From an uncultured Bacilli bacterium (GTDB lineage: Bacteria; Bacillota_I; Bacilli_A; RF39; UBA660): 64,000 nucleotides of DNA. The stretch covers positions 542 through 64,541 of the forward strand of contig CAKPHY010000004.1 of NCBI GenBank assembly GCA_934162285.1, in the 5' to 3' direction. Positions 44,819 to 53,747 of the stretch are shown here, piece after piece (the first letter of the stretch is position 1; each line of letters begins with the position of its first letter). The position numbers and the translations under genes are program-made. The notes beneath the pieces were generated by a model. That model worked only from the letters and a program-made list of their open reading frames with translations. It did no database searches and had not been told where the DNA came from.

Positions 44819-46699
44819 ATGAATACTCTAGAACGTGAAGAAAGAATTCAAAACATAATCAAATATGGAAAATATGTTGTTTTGATAGTAATAATTGGCA
44901 TAATAGCCTTGATTATAATAAATTCCAAACAAAGTTATAGCAAAATAGAAAAGACTTTGATCGAAGCAGCTCAAAAATATGTAGCAGACAACAAGATTCA
45001 AGTTAATGATACGACATACATTGAAATTACTAAACTAGGCGAAATAGAAGGAACCGAATTATGTAGTAAAGCAAGTGGGGTTTCTGTAACTAATGAAAAT
45101 GGTAAATTTAAGTATAAAGCATTTTTAAGCTGTAATAATTATCAAAGCAAAGTTTCAACAGCAAATACCAAATATATAATTTTAACTGGTGGCGATGTAA
45201 TAACTCTTAATAAAGGCGAAGTTTTTAATGATCCTTTATATACATTAAAAAAAGAAGCTGAAGTTATCATATCGGGTAAAGTTTTGACAACACCAGGAAT
45301 ATATACTATAAGTTATGCTGCCTATGTAGATAACGAATTGAAAGAAACTGTTTATCGTAAAGTAATAGTAAGTGAAAACGATAAAGCGAGCAATATCAGT
45401 GGTTTAGTCAATGAAGTTGATCCCATTATTACATTACTTGGTGATAAAAATATGACAATATCACTTAATTCTCGATATAAAGAACCTGGATATAAAGCTA
45501 TTGATTATGTTGATGGCAAAATAAGTAGAAGTGTCGACGTTACTGGTAAAGTAAATACCAGTCAAGTTGGTACTTATCCAATTACTTATAAAGTAACTAA
45601 TTCCAGGGGCAGAACAGCAATAGTTCAAAGATTTGTTAAGATAATCAAAGAAACAAGTAATTTAAATATTTCCTTGAGTCAAAACAATGAAGAAGTATCA
45701 GCAACAACCGAATTAAACCTTGAAATAATTGGAGAAGATTATAGCTATACAATCATTCCCGACGGTACTAAGTGTATTATGAAAAATTGCAGTTATACTG
45801 TTAAAAATAATGGCACATATACTTTTAAAATATATGATATTAGAGGGAATGAGTTTATTAAAGAAATAGAAGTTTCTAATATAGATAATACTCCACCAGC
45901 AGGCTCGTGCAGTGCTCTTATCCGTGGTAATAATACAGAAGTGGAAGTAAATGCCAGCGATAACAAAGGAATAGCAAGTTATACTTATATACTAGATGGA
46001 GTAGAAGCATCAAAATCAAGCGACAACACTTACAAAGTTAGTAAAAAATCCAGTAAGGTGACAGTTAAAGTAACGGATATCGCTGGTAACGAAGCAAATC
46101 TAACATGTTCTGTTACTGTTAAAGAAGAAACGATTGTTCCTGTAAGAACAAGTGGTAGTACCTCTGTTAAAGATGTAGATGAATATTTAGTTGTTGATAC
46201 TAAAAACGATGTTATATCCTTAGCTAATTATGTTGAGGGAAGAGTTTCGCAAAATACGCCTCCAGGCTATCCTGACATGTGTTTATCGTTTGCATATTAT
46301 CACGCTTACAAATTGTATAATGGTGACCCTTTAAGTAGTATGACTGCTGTTGAAGGGGCAAAATATCATTATGGCTCATTTTTTACTGGAGTAAAAAATG
46401 ATAGTAAACAAGAAATACTTAAAGTCGTTTATGAACAAATAAAGCAAGGTAGACCATGCATATTACATGTAAATGGTAATACATCTGGAACATCGCGCCA
46501 TTATGTAACCGTTGTCGGTTATAAAAAAACAGTTACATCGGGAGAAACAATGAGTGAAACAGACTTACTAATAATTGATTCATACGATGGTAAACTAGAA
46601 AGAATGGATAAAGAAGGTTCACGTTTTATGATATCTGGTTATGATACAGGACGTAAAGGTAATAAAGCTTATGGCTATCAAGTATATATATTAAAATAA
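44819..46699 (+). CDS. surface protein family member 2: same scaffold, C-terminal papain-like (C39-related?) cysteine peptidase-like domain
   Basis: Scaffold collinear with member 1. C-terminal candidate triad PDMCLSFAYYH ... SRHYVTVVGY ... IIDSYDG. Confidence 0.5.
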   Translation: MNTLEREERIQNIIKYGKYVVLIVIIGIIALIIINSKQSYSKIEKTLIEAAQKYVADNKIQVNDTTYIEITKLGEIEGTELCSKASGVSVTNENGKFKYKAFLSCNNYQSKVSTANTKYIILTGGDVITLNKGEVFNDPLYTLKKEAEVIISGKVLTTPGIYTISYAAYVDNELKETVYRKVIVSENDKASNISGLVNEVDPIITLLGDKNMTISLNSRYKEPGYKAIDYVDGKISRSVDVTGKVNTSQVGTYPITYKVTNSRGRTAIVQRFVKIIKETSNLNISLSQNNEEVSATTELNLEIIGEDYSYTIIPDGTKCIMKNCSYTVKNNGTYTFKIYDIRGNEFIKEIEVSNIDNTPPAGSCSALIRGNNTEVEVNASDNKGIASYTYILDGVEASKSSDNTYKVSKKSSKVTVKVTDIAGNEANLTCSVTVKEETIVPVRTSGSTSVKDVDEYLVVDTKNDVISLANYVEGRVSQNTPPGYPDMCLSFAYYHAYKLYNGDPLSSMTAVEGAKYHYGSFFTGVKNDSKQEILKVVYEQIKQGRPCILHVNGNTSGTSRHYVTVVGYKKTVTSGETMSETDLLIIDSYDGKLERMDKEGSRFMISGYDTGRKGNKAYGYQVYILK

Positions 46700-46720
46700 A
46701 ACTCCATTGGAGTTTTTTTT
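46698..46720 (+). terminator. weak intrinsic terminator between members 2 and 3
   Basis: AAACTCC-att-GGAGTTT followed by T8. A TGcTATAAT promoter follows. Confidence 0.5.
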
Positions 46721-46745
46721 ATGCTATAATTAAAATGGTGATAAA

Positions 46746-48701
46746 ATGGATGGTTTTTACTTACAAGAAAACTTAGAAAAAATAAAAAAATATATTATTT
46801 ATTTCTTTATCTTAGTAGGAATTATTATAGTAGTTTTTATAGCTTTAAGGCTATTTGAAAACCCTTATAAAAATTCAGAAAAACTTGCTATAAAAGCTGC
46901 TGAAGTTTATGTAAAAAAAAATAATATAGTTGTAACAAGTGAGATATATATCCCCTTAGAAAAACTACCATCCATTGATAATACCGATTTATGCAAAACT
47001 TCGAGTGGAGTAATTGTAACCAATGAAAAAGGAAAATTAAATTATCAAGCTTATTTAAAATGTGATGACTATGAAACTAAGATTGTTAATAACAAAGGAA
47101 AAATAATTGAATTAGTAGGGGATCCTGTAATCATTTTAAATAATGGTGAACTATTTAAAGATCCTTTATATATTTTAAAAGATGAAGCTCGTGTCGAAAT
47201 AGTATCTAATGTAACAACCAAACCAGGAATTTATACTGTAAAATATTGTGCATATGTTGAAGACAAATTACAAGAAATAATAGAAAGAAGAGTAATAGTA
47301 AGTGAAAGTGATAAAGAAAAAACTATTACCGGTTTAATAAATAAAGAAGTGCCTGTTTTAAAATTAATTGGGGACAAAAATATTTATTTGAGTTTGAATT
47401 CCAAATATAAAGAACCCGGTTATAAAGCTTACGATTATAAAGATGGCAAAATAAGTAGAAATGTTGAAGTAACAGGTAAAGTTGATAGCACTAAGATAGG
47501 AACATATACTATAACTTATAAAGTGACCAATTCTAGAGGGGCAACTGTTATTGAAACACGAAATGTAAGTATCCTGCAAAAAAAAGCTAATTTTGATATT
47601 GATTTAAAAAGTTCTTTTGTAGAAGATAAAACCACTATAACTTTAAGCATAAATGGTAATGATTATAACTATAGTATTGATCCTATGGGAAATAAGTGCG
47701 TTTTTAAAACTTGCACTACTGAAGTAAAAACCAATGGAACTTACAAATTTAGAATATATGATATTTATGGAAATGAATATATCCGTGAAATAGAAATAGA
47801 TGGAATTGATGATCAAGCTCCAACGGGGATATGTACAGCAACAGTGACTAGTAAAAAAAGTACAATTGTAATATCAGCTAGTGATAATAAAGGAATTGGT
47901 AGTTATACTTATATAATTGATGGATCACGTATTGAAAATCAAAAAACTAATGTTTATGAAGTTGCTAAAGAAATAAAAACTGCCAGTGTTGAAGTTAAAG
48001 ATATATCAGGGAATACTACTAAGTTAGCATGTGATATTGAAAATAAAAAAGTAACAAGTGATATGTCATCTGTTACTATGGCAACTACAACATTTCCATG
48101 CCAAGCTGGTTCTAATCAGGCTTTAAATGCTGCCCTAAAAGCTAAAGTAAATGCCGCTGGGCGTAAAACTAGAGCTGGAGTTGTCGCAGCTGCTACCTAT
48201 TTAGCAGCCGACTTAGGATATCGCATCGAATATTTCTGGGCTGGTAAATATGATTATGAAGGTTTAAATTCTAAATGGGGTTGTGAAATGAAGTGGTGGG
48301 ATCGTAAAGTTTGTAGTCAAAAATCATCAGGAGATACTTGCTTGTATGGAATGGATTGTACAGGATTTACTAAATGGGCATTTGTAAATGCCGGCTTTGA
48401 TGCCAATCTGATTCCAAGAAGTAGACAACAAAGTAGTAACTGGGGAACAGTAAAACCAGCATATTTTACTTTTGATAGTCCTTCAAAAGTGGAACCACAA
48501 CCAGGTGACATTTTATATACACCAGGACATGTAGGTCTTATAATTGGTGTTGACGATAAACTCATCAAATTGGCTCAATTGACTCCAAGATCTTTAAGTA
48601 TCGATTTTATTTATAAAGATACTGGCAAAAGCGTAGACAACAAAACTAACTTTTCAGGCTTTGTTGCTTTAGATGAATTCTATCAAGCATATGGCGAATA
48701 G
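46746..48701 (+). CDS. surface protein family member 3: same scaffold, C-terminal NlpC/P60 peptidoglycan endopeptidase domain
   Basis: Scaffold collinear with members 1 and 2. C-terminal GMDCTGFTKWAFVNAGF ... PGDILYTPGHVGLIIG (NlpC/P60 Cys and His motifs). Confidence 0.65.
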   Translation: MDGFYLQENLEKIKKYIIYFFILVGIIIVVFIALRLFENPYKNSEKLAIKAAEVYVKKNNIVVTSEIYIPLEKLPSIDNTDLCKTSSGVIVTNEKGKLNYQAYLKCDDYETKIVNNKGKIIELVGDPVIILNNGELFKDPLYILKDEARVEIVSNVTTKPGIYTVKYCAYVEDKLQEIIERRVIVSESDKEKTITGLINKEVPVLKLIGDKNIYLSLNSKYKEPGYKAYDYKDGKISRNVEVTGKVDSTKIGTYTITYKVTNSRGATVIETRNVSILQKKANFDIDLKSSFVEDKTTITLSINGNDYNYSIDPMGNKCVFKTCTTEVKTNGTYKFRIYDIYGNEYIREIEIDGIDDQAPTGICTATVTSKKSTIVISASDNKGIGSYTYIIDGSRIENQKTNVYEVAKEIKTASVEVKDISGNTTKLACDIENKKVTSDMSSVTMATTTFPCQAGSNQALNAALKAKVNAAGRKTRAGVVAAATYLAADLGYRIEYFWAGKYDYEGLNSKWGCEMKWWDRKVCSQKSSGDTCLYGMDCTGFTKWAFVNAGFDANLIPRSRQQSSNWGTVKPAYFTFDSPSKVEPQPGDILYTPGHVGLIIGVDDKLIKLAQLTPRSLSIDFIYKDTGKSVDNKTNFSGFVALDEFYQAYGE

Positions 48702-48710
48702 GAGAATAAC

Positions 48711-49937
48711 ATGATTAAAACTGTAAAAATAACCGATTTTGACTATCAAGGAAGAGGTGTAGCAAGGATCGATGATAAAGTAACATTTATCAGAGGAGCA
48801 CTTTTAGATGAAATAGTCGAAATAGAAATAACTAAAACATCAAAAAAGTTTGATGAAGCAAAAACTATCAAAGTAATTAAAAAAAATAATTCAAGAGTAA
48901 CAGCACCATGTCCATATTATGAAAGATGTGGTGGTTGTGATTTAATGCATATGAATTACAATGGAGCATTAAAATTTAAAGAAAATAAAGTAAAAAATAC
49001 AATAAAAAAATTTGCTAACATAGAAACAACTATTAAACCAATAATTCCAGCTGAAGAAATACTTAACTATCGAAATAAAGTAACGTTTAAAGTCAAAAAT
49101 AAAAAGATAGGTTATTATAAAAAAGAAAGCAATGAATTTATAGAAATAAATAATTGTTTAATATGCGATAATTTAGAACAAACATTAAAAGAAATAAAAA
49201 AATGCGATTTAAAAGATGTATCTGAAATAATAATAAGATCATCTAAAAATTTGTTAGAAAAAATGCTTATATTTAAAGCAACTAAAGATTTAGATACAAG
49301 TAAATTAAAAGGTTTTGATTCTATATATTTATTAAAAAATAATCAATATATCTTAAAATCAGGTAATAAAAATATAATTGAAATTATGAAAAATTTTCAA
49401 TTTTGTATTTCACCAGAAGCTTTCTTTCAAGTAAATACTAATCAAGCAATAAAACTATATGATAAAGTTTTAGAATATGCCGATCCCAAAGAAAATGAAA
49501 CCATTTTAGATCTTTATTCCGGAACTGGAACCATTGGTTTATACTTAAGCAAAAAAGCTAAAAAAATTATAGGTATTGAAATCAACGAAGAAGCGATTAA
49601 GGATGCCAATTCTAACAAAGAAAAAAATAATATTAAAAACGCTACTTTTTATGCATTAAATGCCAATCAATTCTTAAGTAAAATCAAAGAAAAAATTGAT
49701 ACAGTTATAGTAGATCCTCCAAGAGGTGGTCTAGATACAAAAACAATCAATTCCATTTTAAAAATACATCCTAATAAAATAGTCTATGTTTCATGTGATG
49801 TTTCAACTTTAGCAAGAGATTTAAAAATATTAAGTGAAAACTATAACGTTCAAGAAATAACCCCTGTTGATATGTTTCCCAATACTTGTCACGTTGAATG
49901 TGTTTCAGTACTACATCGAAAAAGTCTTGAAAAATAA
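48711..49937 (+). CDS. rlmD: 23S rRNA (uracil-5-)-methyltransferase RlmD/RumA family
   Basis: TRAM N-domain, Fe-S Cys cluster (CPYYERCGGCDLMHM), SAM motif DLYSGTGTIG, DPPRGG, catalytic C in YVSCD. Confidence 0.85.
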   Translation: MIKTVKITDFDYQGRGVARIDDKVTFIRGALLDEIVEIEITKTSKKFDEAKTIKVIKKNNSRVTAPCPYYERCGGCDLMHMNYNGALKFKENKVKNTIKKFANIETTIKPIIPAEEILNYRNKVTFKVKNKKIGYYKKESNEFIEINNCLICDNLEQTLKEIKKCDLKDVSEIIIRSSKNLLEKMLIFKATKDLDTSKLKGFDSIYLLKNNQYILKSGNKNIIEIMKNFQFCISPEAFFQVNTNQAIKLYDKVLEYADPKENETILDLYSGTGTIGLYLSKKAKKIIGIEINEEAIKDANSNKEKNNIKNATFYALNANQFLSKIKEKIDTVIVDPPRGGLDTKTINSILKIHPNKIVYVSCDVSTLARDLKILSENYNVQEITPVDMFPNTCHVECVSVLHRKSLEK

Positions 49938-50106
49938 GGCTTTTTGTTCTTTGCTCAAACTAAAAAAATGATATTTTAAATAGAATTTATGTAAAAAAAT
50001 TAAAAATAATCAAAAGGTTGTCTTAGTATGATATATACACGACGTTGGGATAAGTGGTATATGAAAACATATGCTACTTAATATGTTTTAAAGGTGATGA
50101 TAAAAT

Positions 50107-50519
50107 ATGAATGAAAGCAATATATTGTTATATGAAACTGATGAAGGTAAAATTAATGTAGATGTAATATTAAAAGATGAACCAATATGGTTAACTCAAA
50201 AGAGTATGAGTGAACTTTTTGATGTTAATGTACCTGCAATTAATAAGCATTTAAATAATATATATGAAGAGAAAGAACTTGATAAAAATTCAACTATTTC
50301 CAAAATGGAATGGTTCGAAAAGAAGGAAATAGGAATGTTAATCGAGAATTAGGATTTTATAATTTGGATGCTATTATTGCAGTTGGATACAGAGTTAATT
50401 CTAAGAAAGCAACAAAATTTAGAATTTGGGCTACAAAAATATTAAAAGATTATATGATTAAGGGGTTTGTAATTGATGTTGATAAAATGAAAGTGGTAAC
50501 TTATGATGAAGATAAATGA
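50107..50519 (+). pseudogene. RhuM-family gene remnant (frameshifted and 3'-truncated)
   Basis: ORF 50107..50352 (..PIWLTQKSMSELFDV....INKHL.NIY.E.EL...STISKME) continues in another frame as VRKEGNRNVNRELGFYNLDAIIAVGYRVNSKKATKFRIWATKILKDY (50310..50519). The shift is at about 50306-50315 (GGAATGG). Only about 135 residues of the protein remain. Confidence 0.7.
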
Positions 50520-51153
50520 TTTAAACCAAGAATATGATAAATTACAATTACAATATGGAGCAAAAGAATTAACATCTATATATAATGGCGGATGTACTGA
50601 TAATCCACGCTTTTGCTTTGTTTTTATGAATCCTACAGGTAGAAATATTGCTTCAGATCCTAATTGGAAAGGAAGAAGATCACCTTGGATAGGAACTAAA
50701 AACATCTGGAAACTATTTTATAGAATAGGACTATTAAGTGAAGATTTATATAAAGATATCATGATAAAAAAGCCCCAAGAATGGGATGAACATTTTGCTG
50801 ATTTAGTATATGCTGATATTGAAAAACATAAGTGCTTTATAACTAACTTAGGAAAATGTACTCAAATAGATGCTCGCGTATTACCAAATTCAGTTTATAA
50901 TCAATATTTAGATTTATTATGTAAAGAAATTGAAATAATTAATCCTAAAGTCATCATAACCTTTGGAAATCAAGTAAGTTCAATTTTTTTAAGTAAAAAT
51001 ATATCTGTATCTCAATGTAGAAAACAAAGTTTTACTAAAAACATAGCCGTTAAAGAATATAAAGTGTATCCTGTTTATTATCCAATTGGCAATGGCATGA
51101 TGAATATAGAAAAGGCAATAGAAGATTTAACTTACATTATTAACGAAAATTAA
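50503..51153 (+). CDS. uracil-DNA glycosylase superfamily protein
   Basis: Motif-A-like FVFMNPTGRN (compare GMNPG/GINPG). NLGKCT. C-terminal Y.P..Y.. loop. 216 aa. Confidence 0.55.
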   Translation: MMKINDLNQEYDKLQLQYGAKELTSIYNGGCTDNPRFCFVFMNPTGRNIASDPNWKGRRSPWIGTKNIWKLFYRIGLLSEDLYKDIMIKKPQEWDEHFADLVYADIEKHKCFITNLGKCTQIDARVLPNSVYNQYLDLLCKEIEIINPKVIITFGNQVSSIFLSKNISVSQCRKQSFTKNIAVKEYKVYPVYYPIGNGMMNIEKAIEDLTYIINEN

Positions 51154-51171
51154 GTTAAAAGTGAGGAAAAA

Positions 51172-51760
51172 ATGAAAAAAATATTATTAGGTGAATCAAT
51201 TGTAAGTCAATTTGTGCAAGTATTACCAATCACAATTATTATTGCCGTTTTATATGCTATTTTTAGAATCAAATATTTAAAAAATAAAGAAATCAATTAT
51301 CGAAAAGAAGCATTATATTTAATATTTATTTGTTATATAGTAGGTTTATTTAATTTAGTACTAGTACCAAGTAATTTTTGGATCATAACTTGGAATAATA
51401 TATTTTATGGTTATGGTGAAAATCCCTTTGAAGGAATGTTTGATTTTTCCTACAGTTTTGTTCCTACATTGTATAGAGTTATTAAAGGTGAACTAATTAT
51501 TGGTAGTTGGGTAAAAACAATGCTAATAGGAAATATTTTAATGTTTATACCTATGGGAATATTTTTAGCATTATGTTTTAAAAAAATAAATAATAAAAAT
51601 ATATCTCTTTATGCTATTTTAATTACTATTATCATTGAATTCACAACTTATAATTGGTAGAAGTTGTGATATTGATGATCTAATAATGAATTCTTTGGGA
51701 ATTTTAATTGGTTATTTTATATCTAATTTAATTTTGAAAATAAAAAAGAAAAAAATATAG
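51172..51760 (+). pseudogene. VanZ-like membrane protein with a frameshift near codon 157
   Basis: The track ORF ends ..IIIEFTTYNW*. The conserved VanZ C-terminus GRSCDIDDLIMNSLGILIGYFI continues in another frame to TAG 51758-60. The shift is at about 51640-51647. Confidence 0.65.
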
Positions 51761-51773
51761 AAAGAAGGTTTTA

Positions 51774-52091
51774 ATGATTAAACAAACAGCAGGACGCGAA
51801 GCTTTAGGAGAATTTGCACCAAATTTTGCTCATTATAATGACGACATTTTATTTGGCGAAAACTGGAATGATGACTCTATTGATTTAAAAACAAGATGCA
51901 TAATTACAGTGGTGGCATTAATGTCGAGTGGAATAACCGATAACTCTTTAAAATATTATTTAGAAAATGCTAAAAAAAATGGTGTAACTAAAGAAGAAAT
52001 GGCTGGTATTATTACTCATACAGCTTTTTATGTCGGTTGGCCTAAAGGCTGGGCAGTATTTAATTTAGCAAAAGAAGTTTATAAAGATTGA
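51774..52091 (+). CDS. carboxymuconolactone decarboxylase (AhpD-like) family protein
   Basis: Pattern ..F..Y....LFGE.W.....L..R....I.V..L...G.......Y......NG....E..E...H...Y.G.P is typical of CMD-family proteins. Confidence 0.65.
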   Translation: MIKQTAGREALGEFAPNFAHYNDDILFGENWNDDSIDLKTRCIITVVALMSSGITDNSLKYYLENAKKNGVTKEEMAGIITHTAFYVGWPKGWAVFNLAKEVYKD

Positions 52092-52111
52092 ATATACCAA
52101 AAAATGATGGC

Positions 52112-52440
52112 TTAATTGTCATCATTTTCTGTTTTAATTAAATAACTAAAATATTTTTTCTTACCAGATAGAACATCTTTATAAAAATTTTGTTTCCAGT
52201 GAACAAAATTAATCTCTTTTTCAATTTACTGTTTCTTATATTCTAATTCATGAAGTTTAGTATCTAAAATATCTTGTCTTTCAGGTATAGAAGATTCACC
52301 TTTTAAATATAAATCCAAATATTCTTTCATTTCTACAATACTCATCCCACAATTTTTTAGACAAGATAGACTTTTAATCCAGTTAATATCGTTATCATCA
52401 AATACCCGGTAGTTACTTTTAATTTTTGATATATTAAATA
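52112..52440 (-). pseudogene. MerR-family regulator remnant (HTH deleted, in-frame stop)
   Basis: Manual translation ..SNYRVFDDNDINWIKSLSCLKNCGMSIVEMKEYLDLYLKGESSIPERQDILDTKLHELEYKKQ*IEKEINFVHWKQNFY.. . This is MerR wing plus coiled coil. TAA at 52226-52228. There is no N-terminal helix-turn-helix and no start codon. Confidence 0.6.
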
Positions 52441-52585
52441 CTGAAGATATTTTAGAAAATATAAAAAAATAAAAAATGAAATATAGTTTACAATCAATTC
52501 AAAAATAACTAAAGAGATAAATCTTTTTTCGTTTCTTTTTCATAAGGTAAACCTAAAATTTTGGTATAATAAAATAGGTGATAAT

Positions 52586-52963
52586 ATGCAATCAAATCAA
52601 GAAAAAATAATTAAAACAAAATTAAATGAACTTTCTAAATCAAAGTTTAGAACAAGTTTTAAGTTAAATAAAGAAGATATTGAATATATCAATAAAAAAG
52701 GATTTGAAAAAATAAAGGATCATACTTATGAATTTATTAATGAAAAACTAAAACCAGCAATAATAAAAAATGATGGCAAGCAAACACCAACTCATAAACA
52801 TCCCACATTTAAAGCGATGCATGCAACTGCAACGTGTTGTCGAGGATGTTTATATAAATGGCATCATATAGCCAAAGATCGTGAATTAACAAATAATGAA
52901 ATAAATTATATTGTATTATTAATATTAACTTGGATAAAGCAAGAGTATAATAAAAGTAATTAG
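52586..52963 (+). CDS. DUF4186 domain protein
   Basis: ..HP.FKAMHATATCCRGCLYKWHHI....L...E..YIV.LI..WI.. matches the DUF4186 pattern. Confidence 0.6.
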   Translation: MQSNQEKIIKTKLNELSKSKFRTSFKLNKEDIEYINKKGFEKIKDHTYEFINEKLKPAIIKNDGKQTPTHKHPTFKAMHATATCCRGCLYKWHHIAKDRELTNNEINYIVLLILTWIKQEYNKSN

Positions 52964-53014
52964 TATTTTTGTTGTAAAATATAGTAATATAAGTTATAAT
53001 AATAGTGGTGTTAT

Positions 53015-53746
53015 ATGAGAAAGTTAATTAAAAATATAAATGTTAATTACGAATTATATGGTGAAGGAAATGATACTATTGTTCTTCTTCATGGCTGGGG
53101 TCAAAATATTGAAATGATGAAACCAATAGGTGATAATTTAAGACGTGAACATCAAATTTTAATAATTGATTTACCAGGCTTTGGTTTGAGTGATGAACCA
53201 GATTTTCCTTGGACATTATATGATTATGTTGAAATGCTTAAAGAAATGATTGAATCATTAAAATTAAAAAATATTATTTTAATGGGACATTCTTTTGGTG
53301 GAAAAATAAGCTTATTATATGCTAGTATGTACCCTGTAAAAAAAATTGTTGTTTTTGGTAGTCCTTACAAATGTAAAGTAGCTAAAGATAATTTAAAAAC
53401 TAGAACTTTAAAGAAATTGAAAAAAATACCAGGTTTAAATAAGTTAGAAGAATTTGCTAAAAAACATATTGGTTCAACTGACTATAAAAATGCTTCACCT
53501 ATGATGCGTGAAGTGTTAGTGAATCATGTAAATTTAGATATAACAGAAGAGGTAAAGAAAATAAAAAGTCCTCTACTTATTATTTGGGGCACTAATGATG
53601 CTGCTGTTCCTATAGCTGATGCCTATGAACTTGAAAAATTAGTTCCTGGCTCTGGTTTAGTTGTTTATCCTAATTGTACCCACTATGCTTATTTAGAAAA
53701 TTTAGGTCAAACAATTAATGTTCTAAGAAGTTTTTTAGGAGGCTAA
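53015..53746 (+). CDS. alpha/beta hydrolase
   Basis: HGWG oxyanion region, nucleophile elbow GHSFGG, C-terminal His (CTHY). Confidence 0.75.
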   Translation: MRKLIKNINVNYELYGEGNDTIVLLHGWGQNIEMMKPIGDNLRREHQILIIDLPGFGLSDEPDFPWTLYDYVEMLKEMIESLKLKNIILMGHSFGGKISLLYASMYPVKKIVVFGSPYKCKVAKDNLKTRTLKKLKKIPGLNKLEEFAKKHIGSTDYKNASPMMREVLVNHVNLDITEEVKKIKSPLLIIWGTNDAAVPIADAYELEKLVPGSGLVVYPNCTHYAYLENLGQTINVLRSFLGG

Positions 53747-53747
53747 T

